A stretch of 64,000 nucleotides of DNA from a virus. The notes beneath the pieces are model-generated. The model was not told the DNA's origin and did no database searches. It worked only from the letters and a program-made list of their open reading frames with translations. The DNA is taken from the IMG/VR virus record IMGVR_UViG_3300031920_000359, one strand, 5' to 3'. The position numbers and the translations under genes are program-made. Shown here piece after piece: positions 60,106 through 64,000 of the stretch. Position 1 is the first letter of the stretch; each line of letters starts with the position of its first letter.

Positions 60106-62445
60106 ATGGTAGAATGTAGCGATGAAGCAAATATTTGGATAGGAGAAACAAGGGTAGATAACTTTGGGGGAGAAATACAACTAATTGATATAGCTGTTGA
60201 TTTAGAATCTTGTTATGTTAATATAGAAACCCCTTGGGGTGACTCTTATTCAGGGATCGAAATAAACAAAGGAAACTCCAAAACATATACTAGTAACGGA
60301 AAAACATATTCAGTACATATAGTCTCGCTCCATGATACTACTTGGGGATATGCGGCAAGAATATATACTTGTTACGACTTTGTCGAATATTTAGATACAA
60401 CATTATCTATGAGATATGACAGCTCTGAAAGCCAACTAGTAGAAGAAGGTAAAATTGCTTTTGACTTATCGTTAAAAGATGAAAACAATGTTGTTTTAGT
60501 GTATAGTGTTGATATGTACATAAATAATGTATATGAACGAACAATATATCCTGATGATAAATATATACATTACATAACACCTGAAGAATTAGGTAACACA
60601 CTTACGTTCCAAGTAAAATTTGATGGTTTAGGTGTATATAATGCTTCTCAATCAAGCACTGTGTCAGTAACTATACCTAGTAAATCAGAAACTAATTTAA
60701 GCATAATTGCAGACAAAACTAATATTGTTATAAATGAAACAGTAACTTTTACTGGCACATTAAAAGATGATAGTAACAATATACTACCGAACCAGGGTAC
60801 ACTATATTTAGTATATAAAGGAACAGATGGTTCATATGGTTATGTATTAGACAAAGATGGATATAAAATAATTGCAAGCACAGACTCAAGTGGTAATTAT
60901 TATAGACCATGGGAAGCAACAGAAGATTATTTAGAACAGTCTATATATGCAATTTGGTATGAAGGTAGTGATGATTACAATAGTAGTTATAGTCCTAATA
61001 TCACACTTAATATTTCATTAGATGAATGTATTCAAAATATAAAAATACAAGACCAAGATTATAATCCTGTCGAAAATGTAACAATAACAATAGATAGTGT
61101 TATTGAAACAACAGATATTGATGGTTTAGTGTCGTTTACTTTAATAAGAGATGTAGAATATACTGTATATAAATCATATGGAGATTATTCTGGTGACGAT
61201 GTAATAATAGGATGTAAATTAGACCCACAAATATTACATATTGTTACACAAGAATTTGCAGTAACTGGATTAGAATTATCACAATTTGTTTTTGAAGACC
61301 GAACAGTAGTAAGAGCCGATGTTGCCGCAACTGGAACAGGTTCATATAGAATTAAAATAGATGGTGTTCTTGAATGGGGATCACATAACTATCCAGAAGA
61401 AACTTCTGTTGATATTTATGATCTAACACTAGCAAACCATACAATATGTGCAGATACTATATGTAAAGACATTGATTTAAGCGAACCAGTTCCTAAATGT
61501 ATTGATTATTTAACACAAGAAGAGTGTGAAGACAATGATTGTTATTGGTGGTCTGATAATACTTGTCAATCTTCACCAGAAGGAACAACTGATTATTTAG
61601 ATATTTATATTAAACCATATTCATGGTATGATGATAAATATGAAGAAGCTTTAAATTCAGCACTAATTTTAATTACAGATTTAAGTGGCAAAGTTACAAA
61701 CTATATGTCAGACATAACAGGATATGAATATAATGGTGTTGATATATTAGAAGATACAAACAAAAATATAATAATTGTTCGTATATATCTAAAAGATATA
61801 AATGAAGCAGCGTTAGTCGCACCTCTTGTTATAGCAGGACTCGCAGTCGTTACTGGAGCAGTACTAATTGGTATTGGTTTTGTTATAGGCACAAGTCTAA
61901 ACCCTTTTAGTAGTGACGATGTTAAAAATCTCGTTGCAGAGATTGTTAAAAACGCTAAGATAGATGCATATGAACATGCCTATGATATTGATAAATCAGT
62001 AGCAACTAGTTTAATAGAATGTTTAGAAACAATAGAAACTTGTGAAGATAGTTTAACTTGTTTTGAAAACAATGGAGTAACACCTTCTGTAGAGAACCAA
62101 ATGGAAGCATTAGTTGCATATGAAACAGTAGTAGATGCTGCTTATACCGGAGCTGCTGACATATTTGATAACGAAGAATTTGAAACAATTTCAGCAGCGA
62201 CAATAGCACGACTTGAACTTGTAATAACAAAACTAGAAGAAGCAACCATAACACCAGAAGGAGCTGCTTGCGAAGCTAGTAATATTGTAGATGATAGTAT
62301 TGATGATTTAGAAGATATAATAATAGAAGACTGTGTCTTTGATATGTTTGGTGAATGTATAGTAACCAAAAGTGCATTAAACACAATGCTATTAATAGGA
62401 GCAGGTGCCGCAGCTTTAATAGGTTATTCAGCAATCAAGAAATAA
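60106..62445 (+). CDS. Large Ig-like repeat protein with internal and C-terminal TM segments
   Basis: N-terminal domain paralogous to 57762; Ig-like TFTGTLKD..TDSSGNY; Cys linker; MLLIGAGAAALIGYSAIKK. Confidence 0.65.
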   Translation: MVECSDEANIWIGETRVDNFGGEIQLIDIAVDLESCYVNIETPWGDSYSGIEINKGNSKTYTSNGKTYSVHIVSLHDTTWGYAARIYTCYDFVEYLDTTLSMRYDSSESQLVEEGKIAFDLSLKDENNVVLVYSVDMYINNVYERTIYPDDKYIHYITPEELGNTLTFQVKFDGLGVYNASQSSTVSVTIPSKSETNLSIIADKTNIVINETVTFTGTLKDDSNNILPNQGTLYLVYKGTDGSYGYVLDKDGYKIIASTDSSGNYYRPWEATEDYLEQSIYAIWYEGSDDYNSSYSPNITLNISLDECIQNIKIQDQDYNPVENVTITIDSVIETTDIDGLVSFTLIRDVEYTVYKSYGDYSGDDVIIGCKLDPQILHIVTQEFAVTGLELSQFVFEDRTVVRADVAATGTGSYRIKIDGVLEWGSHNYPEETSVDIYDLTLANHTICADTICKDIDLSEPVPKCIDYLTQEECEDNDCYWWSDNTCQSSPEGTTDYLDIYIKPYSWYDDKYEEALNSALILITDLSGKVTNYMSDITGYEYNGVDILEDTNKNIIIVRIYLKDINEAALVAPLVIAGLAVVTGAVLIGIGFVIGTSLNPFSSDDVKNLVAEIVKNAKIDAYEHAYDIDKSVATSLIECLETIETCEDSLTCFENNGVTPSVENQMEALVAYETVVDAAYTGAADIFDNEEFETISAATIARLELVITKLEEATITPEGAACEASNIVDDSIDDLEDIIIEDCVFDMFGECIVTKSALNTMLLIGAGAAALIGYSAIKK

Positions 62446-62606
62446 GATGTATTGTCATCTTATTCTTTTGGCAATGAGGAATGATTAATTATGCAATGGT
62501 ATGAAAAAGTGGCTTTGTATGCAGCATTTGGGTATACAATGTTCAAATTTTATGATATAATAGGATATTTCAAAGAACAAAATAATGATGAATCGGAGTT
62601 ATTAGA

Positions 62607-63107
62607 ATGACGATAGCAATTAGAGTCGAAGAAACAAAAAATGTATCGACAATTTTAAAGAAAGGAATTAAAGGTAAGAAACATCGTGAACATCCTATAG
62701 CAAAAGAATTTGAAAAAACCACATTTTTATATCCAATTGACGGTTTAGATCAACATTTACACTTTTGGCCAAAAAACGCAAAAATGAAAGATATAAATAT
62801 TGATGATAATACTTATGTTATAGCAGATGTAGATAATTGTTTTGTGGGAGATTTATATTTAGAAGATAAACCAAAAGAATATCTCGATAATACTACAAGT
62901 TTAAAAAAATATACAGAAAAGAAAGGTTCTTCAAGATATGAATTTGAAGAACCTGAAATTGTATGTACTAATGATATAAATCAAAATAAAATATTAGGAA
63001 CAATGTCGTTTACAAAACTAGACGCAGTTTATAAAAAGTGTAAAAAACTTGGTGGTAATCAATATACATGTATCGAATTAGGAATTAAAGAACATATAAA
63101 AAAATAA
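62607..63107 (+). CDS. Hypothetical protein, possible ADP-ribosyltransferase-like fold
   Basis: R...KNVSTILKKGI and EPEIV...DI; weak. Confidence 0.25.
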   Translation: MTIAIRVEETKNVSTILKKGIKGKKHREHPIAKEFEKTTFLYPIDGLDQHLHFWPKNAKMKDINIDDNTYVIADVDNCFVGDLYLEDKPKEYLDNTTSLKKYTEKKGSSRYEFEEPEIVCTNDINQNKILGTMSFTKLDAVYKKCKKLGGNQYTCIELGIKEHIKK

Positions 63108-63112
63108 TATTA

Positions 63113-63364
63113 GTGAGGAATAACATGACTGAAAAAACTATATGTGATATGATATGTGAAAATATAATAGATGAACGAGATGCTGAACCAGAATATATGA
63201 AGTTAGTTAAAGCTTTACATAAAGAAGCTTATCCTGAAGAAGCAATTGCGATTGAACAATTAATAATCACAGACGAGAAAAAGCATATGGAATATCTCAA
63301 AACCTTAAACGTTTCTCATGATTGTAAATGTCCAGGAGTAGTCGTTATTCCTAAAGGGAAATGA
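63113..63364 (+). CDS. Short ferritin-like (two-helix di-iron half) protein
   Basis: DERDAEPEY and DEKKH motifs. Confidence 0.6.
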   Translation: MRNNMTEKTICDMICENIIDERDAEPEYMKLVKALHKEAYPEEAIAIEQLIITDEKKHMEYLKTLNVSHDCKCPGVVVIPKGK

Positions 63365-63370
63365 TATAAA

Positions 63371-64000
63371 ATGTCCGTTGTAATTAGTAGACCGATTGAT
63401 AGACATGAAAAGAAACCTGCAACCAAGATAACTAATGATTGGTGTCAAGACGTGGTTGATAGCATGCTCTGTGGAGGACTGTCAGTATATGACCTTTCAG
63501 GAAATTTTAATAGAGAACAACTAGAATATGCACTTGCTGACCCAAACGTTGATATGTTTGTTCATTATGGTCACGGAATCAATTCTTGTCTATTAGGGCA
63601 TGACAACGCTTGTATATTAGATGGCTTTAATGTAGAACTATTAAAAAACAAGGTTATTGTTTCAATAAATTGTGATTCAGCCGACGATTTTGGGGTTCAA
63701 TGTATCGAAGCAGGAGCATTAGCTTATATTGGTTATGACGAGAAAGTTTATATCAAGTATAACCAAGCTAAACTACCATATGCAGGTTTTAAAGAAAGTA
63801 ACAATGCTTGGAACACATTAATGTGTGCTGGTGATTTGATAACTATAGGTCAAGCATTCAACGCTATGATAAACGTATATAACGATTGGAAAACCATTTA
63901 TGCAACAAATGGGTTTCCAGAAATAGCTGAATGTCTAGACAAATCGCTTCAATCATTAATAATATTAGGCGATGAAACAGTATATCTACCAATAATGGAA
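63371..64000 (+). CDS. Peptidase C25 (gingipain/caspase-fold) protein, running off the window end
   Basis: Hand translation: MSVVISRP...FVHYGHG...SINCDSA...GALAYIGY; no stop before 64000. Confidence 0.7.
   Translation, partial: MSVVISRPIDRHEKKPATKITNDWCQDVVDSMLCGGLSVYDLSGNFNREQLEYALADPNVDMFVHYGHGINSCLLGHDNACILDGFNVELLKNKVIVSINCDSADDFGVQCIEAGALAYIGYDEKVYIKYNQAKLPYAGFKESNNAWNTLMCAGDLITIGQAFNAMINVYNDWKTIYATNGFPEIAECLDKSLQSLIILGDETVYLPIME

Larger units (their letters stand above)
1..64000 (+). mobile_element. Segment of a large archaeal virus or virus-like extrachromosomal element (likely tailless and membrane-containing)
   Basis: Unidirectional dense gene array with many ORFans, archaeal GGTGA RBS, scattered replication and nucleotide genes without housekeeping operons, followed by a structural/adhesin module. 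Confidence 0.85.

Noticed and set aside
238-62384. Minus-strand and nested ORFs in the six-frame track
   Set aside because: All overlap longer plus-strand genes that have RBSs and recognisable motifs; they read as antisense shadows of AT-rich codons
1-64000. Assignment as a Borg or mini-Borg
   Set aside because: One-strand genes, low GC and one in-frame tandem repeat fit, but tandem repeats are sparse and no Borg marker could be verified without a search; left as a hypothesis
51000-64000. Apparent shift from T-ending to A-ending codons toward the right end (possible replichore switch)
   Set aside because: Impression only; two hand-counted lines were not decisive. Needs a cumulative skew calculation
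1-64000. Stop-codon recoding, inteins or introns
   Set aside because: Standard-code ORFs tile the window without gaps, and conserved proteins (RFC, ThyA, helicase) are of normal length

Overview
AT-rich window in which essentially every credible gene is on the + strand, tightly packed and preceded by archaeal GGTGA/GGAG ribosome-binding sites. No rRNA, tRNA, CRISPR array, integrase, terminase or portal was recognised. It reads as part of a large archaeal virus or virus-like extrachromosomal element. A Methanosarcinales/Methanomicrobia-like host is inferred from the RFC, ThyA and NrdD-like proteins. Part 1 (1-28.2 kb) is an early/replication module: RFC small and large subunits, a divergent PCNA, an SF2 helicase, Pth2, ThyA with MazG-like and HD proteins, a stand-alone NrdD C-terminal domain, a PyrE-like PRTase, a trypsin-like protease, two ATPases and many small ORFans. 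Three copies of a ~110-bp intergenic element punctuate it. Part 2 (28.17-28.76 kb) is non-coding: a perfect 81-bp inverted repeat followed by six helically phased palindromic boxes (candidate origin or genome-end junction). Part 3 (29-64 kb) is a morphogenesis/adhesion module: a small basic protein, a membrane protein, a candidate single-jelly-roll major capsid protein with many beta-rich relatives, fibre-like proteins, and eight tail-anchored proteins lacking signal peptides. Three of these carry the same Cys-rich cassette behind unrelated head domains. All fold assignments are by-eye motif recognition; no database search was run.
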